A stretch of 64,000 nt of DNA from Escherichia coli. Its GTDB lineage: Bacteria; Pseudomonadota; Gammaproteobacteria; Enterobacterales; Enterobacteriaceae. Positions 1 to 12,639 of this stretch are shown here, piece after piece. Position 1 is the stretch's first letter. Each line of letters starts with the position of its first letter. The translations under genes and the position numbers were made by a program. Location of the stretch: assembly GCF_003334785.1 (NCBI RefSeq), contig NZ_QOWV01000002.1; one strand, written 5' to 3'. Below the pieces are notes generated by a model that was given only the letters and a program-made list of their open reading frames with translations, was not told where the DNA came from and did no database searches.

Positions 1-1
1 T

Positions 2-334
2 GATGACACCGGTTTACCAATGCTGGTCGTACGCGGGCCGTTCAATGTGGTTTGGCAACGTCTGCCAGCGGCGCTGGAAAAAGTGGGCATGAAAGTGACC
101 GACAGCACCCGTTCGCAGGGCAACATGGCCGTAACTTATAAGCCGCTGTCTGACAGCGACTGGCAGGAACTGGGCGCGAGCGATCCAGGCCTGGCATCCG
201 GTGACTATAAACTGCAGGTTGGCGATTTAGATAACCGCAGCAGCCTACAGTTCATCGATCCGAAAGGTCATACTCTGACTCAGAGTCAGAACGACGCGCT
301 GGTAGCTGTCTTCCAGGCTGCGTTTAGCAAGTAA
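2..334 (+). CDS. bamC: outer-membrane protein assembly lipoprotein BamC (NlpB), C-terminal part; 5' end outside window
   Basis: Frame continuous from position 2; translation ...[41 protein letters not shown] recognised as BamC C-terminus; hairpin+T-run directly downstream. Confidence 0.9.
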
Positions 335-341
335 AAATACA

Positions 342-367
342 GGGCTGGAATCATCCGGCCCTTTTTT
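342..367 (+). terminator. intrinsic terminator downstream of bamC
   Basis: gggctgga-atca-tccggccc followed by tttttt. Confidence 0.7.
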
Positions 368-377
368 CTGATATGAT

Positions 378-393
378 ACGCAAACGTGTGCGT
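378..393. promoter_or_regulatory. PurR-box-like 16-bp near-palindrome upstream of purC
   Basis: acgcaaacgtgtgcgt, 14/16 match to the pur operator palindrome ACGCAAACGTTTGCGT. Confidence 0.6.
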
Positions 394-440
394 CTGCAGG
401 AAAACGCGATTTTAGCGGTAATTCGCACGAAATTTGTTTG

Positions 441-497
<57 letters not shown>

Positions 498-546
498 AGA
501 CAGCAAAAGATTTTAAAACGTTAATTCACACCCAGGAGTGATAAAG

Positions 547-1260
547 ATGCAAAAGCAAGCTGAGTTGTATCGTGGTAAAGCGAAAACCGTATACAGCACG
601 GAAAACCCGGACCTGTTGGTGCTCGAATTCCGCAATGATACGTCAGCAGGGGATGGCGCGCGCATTGAGCAGTTTGATCGCAAAGGTATGGTGAACAACA
701 AGTTCAACTACTTCATTATGAGCAAACTGGCTGAAGCGGGTATCCCGACTCAAATGGAGCGTCTGCTCTCCGATACCGAATGTCTGGTGAAAAAGCTGGA
801 TATGGTGCCGGTTGAGTGTGTCGTGCGTAACCGTGCTGCTGGCTCTCTGGTGAAACGTCTTGGAATCGAAGAAGGTATTGAGCTGAACCCGCCGCTGTTC
901 GATCTGTTCCTGAAAAACGACGCCATGCACGATCCGATGGTCAACGAATCTTACTGCGAAACCTTTGGCTGGGTGAGCAAAGAGAACCTGGCGCGTATGA
1001 AAGAGCTGACCTACAAAGCGAACGACGTGCTGAAAAAACTGTTCGATGATGCTGGTCTGATTCTGGTCGACTTCAAGCTGGAATTTGGTCTGTACAAAGG
1101 CGAAGTGGTACTGGGTGATGAGTTCTCCCCGGACGGTAGCCGCCTGTGGGACAAAGAAACGCTGGAGAAAATGGACAAAGACCGTTTCCGCCAGAGCCTC
1201 GGTGGCCTGATCGAAGCCTATGAAGCCGTCGCCCGCCGCCTGGGTGTACAGCTGGACTGA
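547..1260 (+). CDS. purC: SAICAR synthetase (phosphoribosylaminoimidazole-succinocarboxamide synthase)
   Basis: ORF 538..1260; start trimmed to [18 protein letters not shown] (237 aa) which I recognise as PurC. Confidence 0.95.
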
Positions 1261-1427
1261 TTTTTCTGTTCATCATCTTGCCGTGCAGCTGGCACGGCAA
1301 GACAACCGCTCTCGGAATATATGCATTGAACGCTCATTCCTCCGCCATTTCATCCCGCTTTCCTGTGGTAATCTTCCTCTGAACCACCTACGATCATTTC
1401 TATAATGAATATATTGTTGAGGTATCT

Positions 1428-2291
1428 ATGCGTTGGCAAGGGCGACGTGAAAGTGACAATGTTGAAGACAGGCGCAACAGCTCTGGTGGTCCATCTATGG
1501 GCGGTCCCGGTTTTCGCCTGCCAAGCGGTAAAGGCGGGCTGATTTTACTGATAGTCGTGCTGGTTGCAGGCTACTATGGTGTTGATTTAACCGGGTTGAT
1601 GACCGGGCAGCCGGTTTCCCAACAACAATCAACGCGGTCAATTAGCCCAAATGAAGACGAAGCCGCAAAATTCACCTCGGTGATTCTGGCAACCACGGAA
1701 GACACCTGGGGACAACAGTTCGAGAAGATGGGTAAGACCTATCAGCAACCGAAGCTGGTCATGTACCGTGGAATGACGCGTACCGGCTGCGGGGCGGGCC
1801 AGTCCATAATGGGGCCGTTCTATTGCCCGGCGGATGGCACGGTTTATATCGATCTCTCCTTCTATGATGACATGAAAGACAAACTTGGCGCGGATGGCGA
1901 TTTTGCCCAGGGGTACGTTATCGCCCATGAAGTCGGTCATCATGTGCAGAAACTGTTAGGCATCGAGCCGAAAGTTCGTCAACTGCAACAAAACGCGACG
2001 CAGGCGGAAGTAAACCGCTTATCTGTGCGTATGGAACTCCAGGCCGACTGTTTTGCCGGTGTCTGGGGGCATAGTATGCAGCAGCAAGGCGTTCTGGAAA
2101 CCGGCGATCTGGAAGAGGCGCTGAACGCGGCGCAGGCCATCGGCGATGACCGTTTACAACAGCAAAGTCAGGGGCGAGTAGTACCAGACAGTTTCACTCA
2201 TGGCACTTCTCAGCAACGCTACAGCTGGTTGAAACGTGGTTTCGACAGCGGCGATCCGGCACAATGCAATACTTTTGGTAAAAGCATTTAA
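1428..2291 (+). CDS. ypfJ: putative neutral zinc metallopeptidase YpfJ
   Basis: 287-aa ORF with N-terminal TM segment and HExxH motif ([10 protein letters not shown]). Confidence 0.85.
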   Translation: MRWQGRRESDNVEDRRNSSGGPSMGGPGFRLPSGKGGLILLIVVLVAGYYGVDLTGLMTGQPVSQQQSTRSISPNEDEAAKFTSVILATTEDTWGQQFEKMGKTYQQPKLVMYRGMTRTGCGAGQSIMGPFYCPADGTVYIDLSFYDDMKDKLGADGDFAQGYVIAHEVGHHVQKLLGIEPKVRQLQQNATQAEVNRLSVRMELQADCFAGVWGHSMQQQGVLETGDLEEALNAAQAIGDDRLQQQSQGRVVPDSFTHGTSQQRYSWLKRGFDSGDPAQCNTFGKSI

Positions 2292-2305
2292 CTTCCGGGG
2301 CAGGG

Positions 2306-4321
2306 ATGGCTGAACTGACTGCGCTTCACACATTAACAGCGCAAATGAAACGTGAAGGGATCCGCCGCTTGCTGGTGTTGAGCGGGGAAGAGGGTTGGTG
2401 TTTTGAGCATACTCTTAAGTTGCGTGATGCCTTACCTGGCGACTGGCTGTGGATTTCGCCGCGGCCAGATGCTGAAAACCACTGTTCTCCCTCGGCACTA
2501 CAAACTTTACTTGGGCGCGAGTTCCGGCATGCGGTATTCGACGCCCGCCACGGCTTTGATGCCGCTGCCTTTGCCGCACTTAGCGGAACGTTGAAAGCGG
2601 GAAGCTGGCTGGTTTTGTTACTCCCTGTATGGGAAGAGTGGGAAAACCAACCTGATGCCGACTCGCTGCGCTGGAGTGATTGCCCTGACCCTATTGCGAC
2701 GCCGCATTTTGTCCAGCATCTCAAACGCGTACTTACGGCGGATAACGAGGCTATCCTCTGGCGGCAAAACCAGCCATTCTCGTTGGCGCATTTTACTCCC
2801 CGTACTGACTGGTACCCCGCGACTGGCGCACCACAACCAGAACAACAGCAACTCTTAAAGCAGCTAATGACCATGCCGCCGGGCGTGGCAGCGGTAACGG
2901 CTGCGCGTGGGCGCGGTAAGTCGGCGTTGGCAGGGCAACTCATTTCTCGTATTGCGGGCAGAGCGATTGTCACCGCGCCCGCAAAAGCGTCAACGGATGT
3001 ACTGGCACAATTTGCGGGCGAGAAGTTTCGCTTTATTGCGCCGGATGCCTTGTTAGCCAGCGATGAGCAAGCCGACTGGCTGGTGGTCGATGAAGCCGCA
3101 GCCATACCTGCGCCATTGTTGCATCAACTGGTATCGCGTTTTCCTCGAACGTTGTTAACCACTACGGTGCAGGGCTACGAAGGCACCGGACGTGGTTTTT
3201 TGCTGAAATTTTGCGCTCGCTTTCCGCATTTACACCGTTTTGAACTGCAACAGCCGATCCGCTGGGCGCAGGGATGCCCGCTGGAAAAAATGGTCAGCGA
3301 GGCACTGGTTTTTGACGATGAAAACTTCACCCATACACCACAAGGCAATATTGTCATTTCCGCATTTGAACAGACGTTATGGCAAAGCGATCCAGAAACG
3401 CCGTTAAAGGTTTATCAGCTCTTGTCTGGTGCGCACTATCGGACTTCGCCGCTGGATTTACGCCGGATGATGGATGCACCAGGGCAACATTTTTTACAGG
3501 CGGCTGGCGAAAACGAGATTGCCGGGGCGCTGTGGCTGGTGGATGAGGGTGGATTATCTCAACAACTCAGTCAGGCGGTATGGGCAGGTTTTCGTCGCCC
3601 GCGGGGTAATCTGGTGGCCCAGTCGCTGGCGGCGCACGGCAACAATCCACTGGCGGCGACATTGCGTGGACGGCGGGTCAGCCGGATAGCAGTTCATCCG
3701 GCTCGTCAGCGGGAAGGCACAGGGCGGCAACTTATTGCTGGTGCTTTGCAATATACGCAAGACCTCGACTATCTTTCGGTGAGTTTTGGTTACACCGGGG
3801 AGTTATGGCGTTTCTGGCAACGCTGCGGTTTTGTGCTGGTGCGGATGGGTAATCATCGGGAAGCCAGCAGCGGTTGCTATACGGCGATGGCGCTGTTACC
3901 GATGAGTGATGCGGGTAAACAGCTGGCTGAACGTGAGCATTACCGTTTACGTCGCGATGCGCAAGCTCTCGCGCAGTGGAATGGCGAAACGCTTCCTGTT
4001 GATCCACTAAACGATGCCGTCCTTTCTGACGACGACTGGCTTGAACTGGCCGGTTTTGCTTTCGCTCATCGTCCGCTATTAACGTCGTTAGGTTGCTTAT
4101 TGCGTCTGTTACAAACCAGTGAACTGGCATTACCGGCGCTGCGTGGGCGTTTACAGAAAAACGCCAGTGATGCGCAGTTATGTACCACACTTAAACTTTC
4201 AGGCCGCAAGATGTTACTGGTCCGTCAGCGGGAAGAGGCCGCGCAGGCGCTGTTCGCACTTAATGATGTTCGCACTGAGCGTCTGCGCGATCGCATAACG
4301 CAATGGCAATTATTTCACTGA
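2306..4321 (+). CDS. tmcA: tRNA(Met) cytidine acetyltransferase TmcA
   Basis: 671-aa ORF; Walker-A-like GRGKSAL, C-terminal GNAT-like region; matches TmcA (YpfI) length and N-terminus MAELTALHTL. Confidence 0.9.
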   Translation: MAELTALHTLTAQMKREGIRRLLVLSGEEGWCFEHTLKLRDALPGDWLWISPRPDAENHCSPSALQTLLGREFRHAVFDARHGFDAAAFAALSGTLKAGSWLVLLLPVWEEWENQPDADSLRWSDCPDPIATPHFVQHLKRVLTADNEAILWRQNQPFSLAHFTPRTDWYPATGAPQPEQQQLLKQLMTMPPGVAAVTAARGRGKSALAGQLISRIAGRAIVTAPAKASTDVLAQFAGEKFRFIAPDALLASDEQADWLVVDEAAAIPAPLLHQLVSRFPRTLLTTTVQGYEGTGRGFLLKFCARFPHLHRFELQQPIRWAQGCPLEKMVSEALVFDDENFTHTPQGNIVISAFEQTLWQSDPETPLKVYQLLSGAHYRTSPLDLRRMMDAPGQHFLQAAGENEIAGALWLVDEGGLSQQLSQAVWAGFRRPRGNLVAQSLAAHGNNPLAATLRGRRVSRIAVHPARQREGTGRQLIAGALQYTQDLDYLSVSFGYTGELWRFWQRCGFVLVRMGNHREASSGCYTAMALLPMSDAGKQLAEREHYRLRRDAQALAQWNGETLPVDPLNDAVLSDDDWLELAGFAFAHRPLLTSLGCLLRLLQTSELALPALRGRLQKNASDAQLCTTLKLSGRKMLLVRQREEAAQALFALNDVRTERLRDRITQWQLFH

Positions 4322-4394
4322 CTCCTTCAATTTTATCTCATGGTCATTGTGAGTCAGCGGCGTAAAATTAATGACATCAGTTAAGGAGTTCGCC

Positions 4395-5093
4395 ATGAAA
4401 CATGACCATTTTGTTGTTCAAAGCCCGGATAAACCTGCGCAACAGTTGTTACTGCTTTTCCACGGTGTCGGGGATAACCCGGTGGCAATGGGGGAAATAG
4501 GCAACTGGTTTGCACCGCTGTTTCCTGATGCGCTGGTGGTGAGTGTCGGTGGCGCGGAGCCGAGCGGTAATCCGGCGGGGCGTCAGTGGTTTTCGGTGCA
4601 GGGTATTACGGAAGATAATCGCCAGGCGCGTGTGGATGCGATCATGCCGACGTTTATTGAAACGGTGCGCTACTGGCAGAAACAGAGCGGAGTAGGGGCT
4701 AACGCCACGGCGCTCATCGGTTTCTCTCAAGGCGCGATTATGGTGCTGGAGAGCATTAAAGCCGAACCGGGCCTTGCTTCACGCGTCATTGCTTTTAACG
4801 GACGCTATGCGAGCCTGCCGGAAACTGCGTCTACAGCCACGACAATTCACCTGATTCATGGCGGTGAAGATCCGGTTATCGATCTGGCGCATGCGGTTGC
4901 TGCGCAGGAAGCGTTAATCAGTGCCGGTGGTGACGTGACGCTGGATATCGTGGAGGATTTAGGCCATGCGATCGACAATCGCAGTATGCAATTTGCCCTG
5001 GATCACTTGCGTTATACCATTCCGAAACATTATTTCGACGAAGCGCTAAGTGGCGGTAAGCCTGGCGATGATGATGTGATTGAAATGATGTAA
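4395..5093 (+). CDS. ypfH: esterase YpfH (alpha/beta hydrolase)
   Basis: ORF 4371..5093 trimmed to MKHDHFVVQSPDKPAQ (232 aa); GFSQG serine-hydrolase motif. Confidence 0.85.
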   Translation: MKHDHFVVQSPDKPAQQLLLLFHGVGDNPVAMGEIGNWFAPLFPDALVVSVGGAEPSGNPAGRQWFSVQGITEDNRQARVDAIMPTFIETVRYWQKQSGVGANATALIGFSQGAIMVLESIKAEPGLASRVIAFNGRYASLPETASTATTIHLIHGGEDPVIDLAHAVAAQEALISAGGDVTLDIVEDLGHAIDNRSMQFALDHLRYTIPKHYFDEALSGGKPGDDDVIEMM

Positions 5094-5104
5094 AAGACAG
5101 ATTA

Positions 5105-5190
5105 CCTGGCCTGATAAGACGCGTGAGCGTCGCATCAGGCATCGTTCACCATTGCCGGATGCGGCGTTAACGCCTTATCCGGCCTACGGT
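5105..5190. repeat. BIME (pair of inverted REPs) between convergent ypfH and ypfN
   Basis: cctgataagacgcgtgagcgtcgcatcaggc ... gccggatgcggcgttaacgccttatccggcctacg. Confidence 0.8.
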
Positions 5191-5202
5191 TGAGCACTCA
5201 GC

Positions 5203-5403
5203 TTACTTCTTCGGTTGATCCTTTTTCGGCCAGTCGTCGTCATCGTCCCACTTATCGTTGAAATCACGATGCGGGGGAAGCTCCGGCTTGTTGGCGAGAA
5301 ATTTCTTATGGTCGACGCGCTTGAGATCTTTAATCACGTTCAGCAGGACGCCTACCAAAAAGACAATCACCAGAATCCACCAATATTTAGCCAGCCAGTC
5401 CAT
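5203..5403 (-). CDS. ypfN: small membrane protein YpfN (UPF0370)
   Basis: ORF 5203..5427 trimmed to [24 protein letters not shown] (66 aa); single TM helix, acidic/basic tail. Confidence 0.8.
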
Positions 5404-5430
5404 GCTTATTTCCTCTTGCAGAACCACTCA

Positions 5431-6558
5431 TCAGGCGACGAGCTGTTCCATGATACGTTGATACATACGGGCAAGTAGCTGCAGGTCGGCAGCGTTCACA
5501 CATTCATTAATTTTATGAATAGTGGCATTGACCGGCCCGAGTTCCACCACCTGCGCCCCCATGCGGGCAATAAAGCGCCCGTCGGACGTTCCGCCTGTGG
5601 TCAGTAGCTGCGGTTTAATTTCATTATAGTGCTCAACCGCGTTAACGACCGCATCCACCAGTTTACCGCGCGCGGTCAAAAATGGCTGCCCGGAAAGCCA
5701 CCAATCCACCGTATAGCGCAGTTGATGTTTTTCAAGCAGGGCAAGCACCTGCGCTTTGATCATCTCATCAGTCAGTTCGGTGCTGAAGCGGAAGTTAAAC
5801 TGCACAAACAGTTCACCCGGAATAACGTTGTTACTGCCCGTTCCCGCCTGAATATTGGCAATCTGCATACTGGTCGCCGGGAAGAATTCATTGCCCTGAT
5901 CCCACTCAATAGCCACTAATTCATTAAGGAAAGGTGCTGCGCGATGTACCGGATTGTCAGCCAGATGTGGGTAGGCAACATGCCCCTGAACGCCATGAAT
6001 GGTAAGGTTGCAGGTTAATGATCCGCGACGACCATTTTTCACCACATCACCTACCACTTCGATACTCGACGGTTCGCCAACCAGGCAGTAATCGAGACGC
6101 TCATTACGTGCCATTAACGCTTCGACGACTTTTACCGTACCGTTGTGGGCACTGGCTTCTTCATCAGAGGTGATCAGAAATGCCAGTCGCCCCGTATGGT
6201 TGGGATGTTGTGCGACAAAACGTTCTGCCGCCACCACCATCGCCGCCAGCGAGCCTTTCATATCTGCCGCACCGCGCCCGAATAACATGCCGTCACGAAT
6301 GGTGGGTTCAAACGGGGGATTGATCCAACGATCGGCGTCGCCAGGCGGCACCACGTCGGTATGCCCGGCAAAGGCTAACGTTTCACCCTGCCCACGCCAT
6401 GCCCAAAAATTCTGCGTATCGGCAAAGTCCATGCGTTCAACGGTAAAACCGATCGCCTGCAAACGTTCAATCAACAAAGCCTGGCATCCTGCATCATCAG
6501 GACTCAGGGAAGGGCGGCGAATAAGCTGTTGTGTCAGCTCAATAACCGGGCACGACAT
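5431..6558 (-). CDS. dapE: succinyl-diaminopimelate desuccinylase
   Basis: 375-aa [29 protein letters not shown]; M20 peptidase family, recognised as DapE. Confidence 0.95.
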
Positions 6559-6561
6559 AGA

Positions 6562-6936
<375 letters not shown>

Positions 6937-7298
6937 TTATGAGAATAAATACTCATTTAAGGGTGAAAACATTTTGCCTGCAAATGATTATCAGGAAATA
7001 TAACATTATCGAAGTATTCAAATTAACAACTATTAAATAATATTAAACATTTTTAACGTAAACATTAAGAATATTCATCTTGTTATCTGTCTGTATTTTA
7101 ACCAGAATTAAATCAGTATTAGATGCCGTATGAATATCTCGAAATGTTGCTGTGTATCACATACAAATCATCACCGCAGGACCATAGTATTTACATAAGA
7201 TTTGTCCCCCGGAGGTAGTCATCGCAGCAATCGAGTAAATTAGCTTCACCACGGTATATTGTTTCCGTAGAATACCCATAATTATAAGAGAGGTTGTT

Positions 7299-7358
7299 AT
7301 GATTGAACGTGAACTGGGGAACTGGAAAGACTTTATCGAAGTTATGCTTCGTAAGTAA
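7299..7358 (+). CDS. ypfM: small protein YpfM (19 aa)
   Basis: ATG at 7299 preceded by agagagg RBS; MIERELGNWKDFIEVMLRK*; matches the known K-12 small protein; not in supplied ORF track (too short). Confidence 0.7.
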   Translation: MIERELGNWKDFIEVMLRK

Positions 7359-7418
7359 TTCCTGAGACAAAGTACAAACAGCAAGAACCCGCTGAGCAGG
7401 TTCTTAATCGGAAAGTTG

Positions 7419-7451
7419 AAAAAGGCGACACATTGGCATGTCGCCTTTTTT
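7419..7451. terminator. bidirectional intrinsic terminator between ypfM (+) and acrD (-)
   Basis: aaaaa-ggcgaca-cattggca-tgtcgcc-tttttt; A-run/T-run on both sides. Confidence 0.75.
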
Positions 7452-7456
7452 ATTGC

Positions 7457-10400
7457 TTATTCCGGGCGCGGCTTCAGCGGGAAGCGGCGGCGCACCAGCA
7501 CAAAGAACAGCGGCACGAAGTAAATAGCCAGAATAGTGGCCGAAATCATCCCGCCCATTACGCCAGTACCCACCGCATGCTGACCACCGGAACCGGCACC
7601 CGTGCTGGTTGCCATTGGCAATACGCCGAAGATAAATGCCAGCGAGGTCATCAGAATCGGGCGTAAACGCTGACGGCAGGCGTGGAGCGTCGCTTCAAAC
7701 AGGTCGTGGCCTTTTTGGTTCATCTCGTTAGCAAACTCGACGATCAGGATGGCGTTTTTCGCCGATAAACCAATGACCGTTAACAGGCCCACCTGGAAGT
7801 AAACGTCGTTTTCCAGCCCGCGCATCCAGGTTGCCAGCAGCGCGCCGATTACCCCCAGCGGCACGACCAGCATTACCGAGAACGGCACCGACCAGCTTTC
7901 ATACAACGCAGCCAGACACAGGAATACCACCAGCAAGGAAATGGCGTACAGCGCCGGAGCCTGCGCGCCGGAAAGCCGCTCCTGATACGACATCGCCGTC
8001 CACTCCAGACCAAAGCCGTTTGGCAGCTGCTTCACTAACGATTCCATAATATCCATCGCCGTACCGGTACTGACCCCCGGTGCGGCTTCCCCAACAATCT
8101 CAACCGCAGAATAACCGTTATAGCGTTCCAGACGCGGCGAGCCTGTTTCCCAGCGTGAGGTCGCGAAAGCAGAGAAGGGCACCATGCCGCCATCTTTATT
8201 TCGGACATACCAGAGATTGATGTCATCTGGCAGCATGCGATACGGCGCAGCTGCCTGCACATAGACTTTCTTCACGCGACCGCGATCCATAAAGTCATTC
8301 ACATAGCTCGAACCCCAGGCGGTTTGCAGTGTGTCGTTAATATCGTCGATAGCAACGCCCAGCGCCTGAGCTTTACGCTGGTCGATATCAATCTGCAACT
8401 GCGGACTGTCGTCGAGGCCGTTATGGCGCACACGGGTTAGCTCCGGGTTTTCCGCCGCCAGCGCCAGCAACTGATTACGTGCTGCCATCAGCGCATCGTG
8501 ACCCGCTCCAGCGTGGTCCTGCAACTCCATATCAAAACCTGCAGAACTACCAAGACCGCTAATTGCTGGCGGGCTGCTGGCGATAACGCGAGCTTCTTTA
8601 ATTTGGTTAAACGCCTTCGTTGCACGCTCGATAATGGCAAACGAGGTGCCGGTCTTACTGTCGCGTTCGCTCCAGTCTTTCAGGCGGATAAACATTCGCG
8701 CCACGTTTTGCCCGTTACCCCCAGGGCCAGAACCAACGGTGGCAAACACCGACATGATGTTGTCTTTTTCATGGGTGAAGTAGTATTTCTCGATTTGCTC
8801 AACGACTTTCAGGGTCTGTTGTTGCGTTGAACCGCTGGGCAACTGTACCGAGGTAGTAAACATGCCACGGTCTTCCAGCGGTAAGAACGACGTCGGCAAA
8901 CGCAGGAACAGGAACACCATGCCGCCAAGCAGCAGGACATAAATCACAATCCAGCGCAGGCTACGGTGGAGAATTTTCGCCACCCCTTTTTCGTAGCGTT
9001 CGGCGTTGCGGTTAAACATCTGGTTAAACCAGGCAAAAAAGCCTTTTTGCCCATGATGCTCACCTTTTTTCAGTGGCTTAAGTAGTGTGGCACACAGAGC
9101 CGGAGTGAGGATCATCGCTACCAGTACTGACAGCACCATCGCCGCAACAATGGTAATAGAGAACTGGCGATAGATGGCACCGGTGGTGCCGCCGAAGAAG
9201 GCCATTGGTACAAATACCGCCGAAAGAACCATCGCAATCCCGACCAGTGCCCCCTGGATCTGCCCCATCGATTTACGTGTGGCTTCGCGAGGAGTGAGTC
9301 CTTCCTCACTCATAATACGTTCGACGTTTTCCACCACCACGATGGCGTCATCCACCAGCAGACCGATCGCCAGCACCATCGCGAACATGGTTAAGGTGTT
9401 GACGCTGTAACCGAAGGCGTAAAGTACGGAGAAGGTTCCCATCAACACCACCGGCACGGCGATAGTGGGTATCAGCGTGGCGCGGAAGTTTTGCAGGAAC
9501 AGATACATAACGAGGAAAACCAGAGCGATAGCTTCCAGCAGCGTTTTCACCACGTCTTCAATGGAGGCTTTAACAAACGAGGTGGTTTCATACGCCACCT
9601 TGTATTCCAGTCCATGCGGGAAATACTGCGCCAGCTCGTCGAGACGATTGAGCACCAGCTCCGCTGTCGCCATTTCGTTAGCGCCGGAGGCCAGTTTTAC
9701 CCCCAGCCCGGAGGCTGGCTTACCATTGAAGCGGCTAAGATAATCGTATTTCTCCGCCCCCATTTCGACGGTGGCGACATCGCCCAGCCTTACCTCTGAG
9801 CCGTCCTGATTGACCCGCAAGGTGATATCGCGGAACTGTTCTGGTGTTTGCAGCAGTGACTGGGCGTTAATGGTGGCGTTGAGCGCCTGCTTATCGACGG
9901 AAGGTGTACCACCAAGTTGCCCAACCGCAATCTGCGCGTTCTGTGACTCAATGGCATCAGTGACATCTTTAGCCGTCATCTGGAAACTGTTGAGTTTCGC
10001 CGGGTCCAGCCAGATACGCATGGAATATTGCGAACCATAGGCATCGATATCCCCGACGCCATTCACGCGGCTTAACGGGTCCTGAATATTACTGGCAACA
10101 TAATCAGCAATATCCTGTTTATCCATCGAACCATCGGTAGAGACGAAGGCAATGGTCAGAATGTTGGTATCGCCGGTTTTACGCACCGTCACGCCCTGAT
10201 TTTGCACCGCCTGCGGTAACTTTCGCATGGCTGATTGCAGCTGGTTTTGTACTTGCTGCACGGCTTCGTCCGGATCGGTGCCTGCTTTAAAACTTAAAGT
10301 GACAGATGCCTGACCGGTGCCACTGCTCTGAGATGACATATACATGAGATTATCGAGGCCGGTCATATTTTGCTCGATAACCTGGGTCACGGTGTTTTCC

Positions 10401-10570
10401 AGCGTCTGGGCCGATGCGCCGGGATAGTTAGCGGTCACTCGCACATTCGGTGGCGCGAGATCGGGGTATTGTTCAACGGGCAATGAAAAAATCGCCAGGG
10501 TACCTGTCAGACACAACAGGATTGCCAGCACCCAGGCAAAAATGGGGCGATCAATAAAGAAATTCGCCAT
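7457..10570 (-). CDS. acrD: RND multidrug efflux pump AcrD (aminoglycoside efflux)
   Basis: 1037-aa [26 protein letters not shown]...; RND transporter, recognised as AcrD. Confidence 0.95.
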   Translation of the reverse strand: MANFFIDRPIFAWVLAILLCLTGTLAIFSLPVEQYPDLAPPNVRVTANYPGASAQTLENTVTQVIEQNMTGLDNLMYMSSQSSGTGQASVTLSFKAGTDPDEAVQQVQNQLQSAMRKLPQAVQNQGVTVRKTGDTNILTIAFVSTDGSMDKQDIADYVASNIQDPLSRVNGVGDIDAYGSQYSMRIWLDPAKLNSFQMTAKDVTDAIESQNAQIAVGQLGGTPSVDKQALNATINAQSLLQTPEQFRDITLRVNQDGSEVRLGDVATVEMGAEKYDYLSRFNGKPASGLGVKLASGANEMATAELVLNRLDELAQYFPHGLEYKVAYETTSFVKASIEDVVKTLLEAIALVFLVMYLFLQNFRATLIPTIAVPVVLMGTFSVLYAFGYSVNTLTMFAMVLAIGLLVDDAIVVVENVERIMSEEGLTPREATRKSMGQIQGALVGIAMVLSAVFVPMAFFGGTTGAIYRQFSITIVAAMVLSVLVAMILTPALCATLLKPLKKGEHHGQKGFFAWFNQMFNRNAERYEKGVAKILHRSLRWIVIYVLLLGGMVFLFLRLPTSFLPLEDRGMFTTSVQLPSGSTQQQTLKVVEQIEKYYFTHEKDNIMSVFATVGSGPGGNGQNVARMFIRLKDWSERDSKTGTSFAIIERATKAFNQIKEARVIASSPPAISGLGSSAGFDMELQDHAGAGHDALMAARNQLLALAAENPELTRVRHNGLDDSPQLQIDIDQRKAQALGVAIDDINDTLQTAWGSSYVNDFMDRGRVKKVYVQAAAPYRMLPDDINLWYVRNKDGGMVPFSAFATSRWETGSPRLERYNGYSAVEIVGEAAPGVSTGTAMDIMESLVKQLPNGFGLEWTAMSYQERLSGAQAPALYAISLLVVFLCLAALYESWSVPFSVMLVVPLGVIGALLATWMRGLENDVYFQVGLLTVIGLSAKNAILIVEFANEMNQKGHDLFEATLHACRQRLRPILMTSLAFIFGVLPMATSTGAGSGGQHAVGTGVMGGMISATILAIYFVPLFFVLVRRRFPLKPRPE

Positions 10571-10733
10571 TAAAAGAGGACCTCGTGTTTCTGCGTATCG
10601 TTGTAGGCTTGACTTGCTTCACTGTAGCGGCAAGGTACGAGCCAATCGTGGAGAAAAAAAGGAGTTAATGTAAATTATCATGCCCTTTTATACTGAACCT
10701 TAAGTGCAAGTATTCTTTGGTCAGTAGGAGGCA

Positions 10734-12434
10734 TTACATTAACTGACTTTCCTCACCCTCCGCAGAGCGAAAGCTAATACTCACTAACGTGCCGCCGCCG
10801 GAAGGTTGTGAAAAAGTCAGCGTCCCACCTAGCCGTTCCGCGCGTTCGCGCATGATATTCAGACCATAATGACCTTCGGGTTCTTTCGGTTCACCGATAC
10901 CAATCCCGTTATCACGGATATAAACCGTGTGATTGCCGTCCGGCGCGGTGACGCAACTGACGGCGATTTCGCTGGCGTTGGCGTGCTTCATCGCATTCAG
11001 CACCGCTTCGCGAATAATTTGCAACAAATGCACCTGCATTTGCGCATCCAGTGCCAGGGTTGGCAGACGGCAGTCGAGGGTCAGTTTGGCGCTGGTTTGA
11101 TTTTGTAACGTATCCAGCATTTCCCTCAATGCGGAGGGGAGATCCGCCTGCTGCAGCGTCAGGCGGAAAGTAGTCAACAGCTCGCGTAACTGCCGATAAG
11201 CATCATTCAACGCCTGGGAAAAATCGGCCATGATACTTTGTGCGGTGGCGTTATCTTCCGGTATCGAACGCTTCAGTAACGTCAACTGGATACGTAAGTA
11301 AGAAAGTACCTGAGCCAGCGAGTCGTGCAATTCGCGGGCGATGGTCGCACGTTCTTCCATCAACAATAATTGCTGAAAATGCTTCTGCGCCTGATTAAAG
11401 TACAAACCGCGTCCCAGCATCGACGAAACGCTGTTAAGCAGCGGTTCTGATGATGAAACGTGACTATTTTGCCAGTGCAGTTCGCCGTAAACCGTCTCTT
11501 GCATTGTCACCGGTAAAATCTGCATCGGCAATTCCGGGTTTGGTTGCCCTTCGCTAATCCGCCAGTTTTCACCGACATTTAACTCCAGATATTCAGCCGC
11601 TTCATTGTCGCGAACAATCTGCAAAATATGGCGGAAACAATGCACATCAATCTGGCTAGTGTTCAGCGCCTGCGAACACTGATACAACACCTCCAGACGA
11701 CGCTTGGCCTCGTGGAGATCGCGGGTCTTTTCTTCTACTGACGCTTCCAGCGAACGGTACAATTTATGCAGCTCGCTCGACATCTGGTTAAAGGTTTTTG
11801 CAAGCAGACCAAGCTCATTCGGCAGGTTGGTATCCAGCGGCGGCGAGTCGAACTGCCCGTGTTCAATACGCTGACTGGCGGTAACCAGCTGATTCAGCGG
11901 GGCAACCACCTGATGGCGTATGCGGCGCAAAGTAAAAAAGACCAGCGTGAAAATACCGATGCCGCCAGCCAGGGAAATCGCCACCACCAGCAGCATTTTG
12001 CGTTCAGCGTAGTGCTGTAAAGCCAGTACGAACAGGTCTATCTGATTAACATAATTATTAATATTGGCCTGATACCACGGCAAATCGCCCTTGCTGAGCC
12101 GATTATTCATCTCCAGCCAGTTGGCATTCAGATGCGCATAGCGAGTTTTTACTGCTTCTGGCACATACCAGACGTTGAGGTTGGTTAATACCGGTGAATG
12201 CAGTGCCTGCTGAAATAACTGGCGATGTGCATTGAGTTGTGGACTGCCACTTTGCAAGTCGTAGCCCAGGCGGTAACTCTGCATACGCAGCGATCCGGCA
12301 ATATTGATAGCCTCAGCGTCGCGCAAACTGCTCGCCAGAGTTAGCAGAGCGATACCCGTGGAAAGAATCGACAGCAGCACAATGTAAAAAAAGGCCCGGG
12401 CCAGACTGGCCGAGACGGGTCGTTTAACAATCAC
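10734..12434 (-). CDS. narQ: nitrate/nitrite sensor histidine kinase NarQ
   Basis: ORF 10734..12449; start trimmed to GTG giving MIVKRPVSASLARAFFYIVLL (566 aa) as in K-12; HAMP + HisKA_3 + HATPase; true start (12434 vs 12449) uncertain. Confidence 0.9.
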   Translation of the reverse strand: MIVKRPVSASLARAFFYIVLLSILSTGIALLTLASSLRDAEAINIAGSLRMQSYRLGYDLQSGSPQLNAHRQLFQQALHSPVLTNLNVWYVPEAVKTRYAHLNANWLEMNNRLSKGDLPWYQANINNYVNQIDLFVLALQHYAERKMLLVVAISLAGGIGIFTLVFFTLRRIRHQVVAPLNQLVTASQRIEHGQFDSPPLDTNLPNELGLLAKTFNQMSSELHKLYRSLEASVEEKTRDLHEAKRRLEVLYQCSQALNTSQIDVHCFRHILQIVRDNEAAEYLELNVGENWRISEGQPNPELPMQILPVTMQETVYGELHWQNSHVSSSEPLLNSVSSMLGRGLYFNQAQKHFQQLLLMEERATIARELHDSLAQVLSYLRIQLTLLKRSIPEDNATAQSIMADFSQALNDAYRQLRELLTTFRLTLQQADLPSALREMLDTLQNQTSAKLTLDCRLPTLALDAQMQVHLLQIIREAVLNAMKHANASEIAVSCVTAPDGNHTVYIRDNGIGIGEPKEPEGHYGLNIMRERAERLGGTLTFSQPSGGGTLVSISFRSAEGEESQLM

Positions 12435-12639
12435 ACGCGTCTTCTCCACAAAAAATCATTAATGTTCCAGTTCGCTGAAACGCAATTTAGTCAGTGATGG
12501 GATTATTTGATCTGCCACAGTTTATAGCGAAATAGTTACTTATTCTGGGCACATGAACATTGCCGATTCCCCTGTAAGTCGGGTAATAACAACACTCATA
12601 TAAAGAATAAGGTTTTTACAACCAAAAAAGAAGGTCGTT
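12435..12639. promoter_or_regulatory. divergent narQ / aegA promoter region
   Basis: 205-bp AT-rich gap between divergent genes. Confidence 0.4.

Noticed and set aside
1277-1301. 10-bp perfect-stem hairpin (cttgccgtgc-agctg-gcacggcaag) after purC as an intrinsic terminator
   Set aside because: No U-tract follows on either strand, so I did not call it a terminator; it may still be a processing or stability element.
2326-3105. 259-aa ORF on the minus strand inside tmcA
   Set aside because: Antisense shadow ORF within a recognised gene; low-complexity Ser/Ala/Arg-rich translation typical of reverse-strand reading of GC-rich coding DNA.
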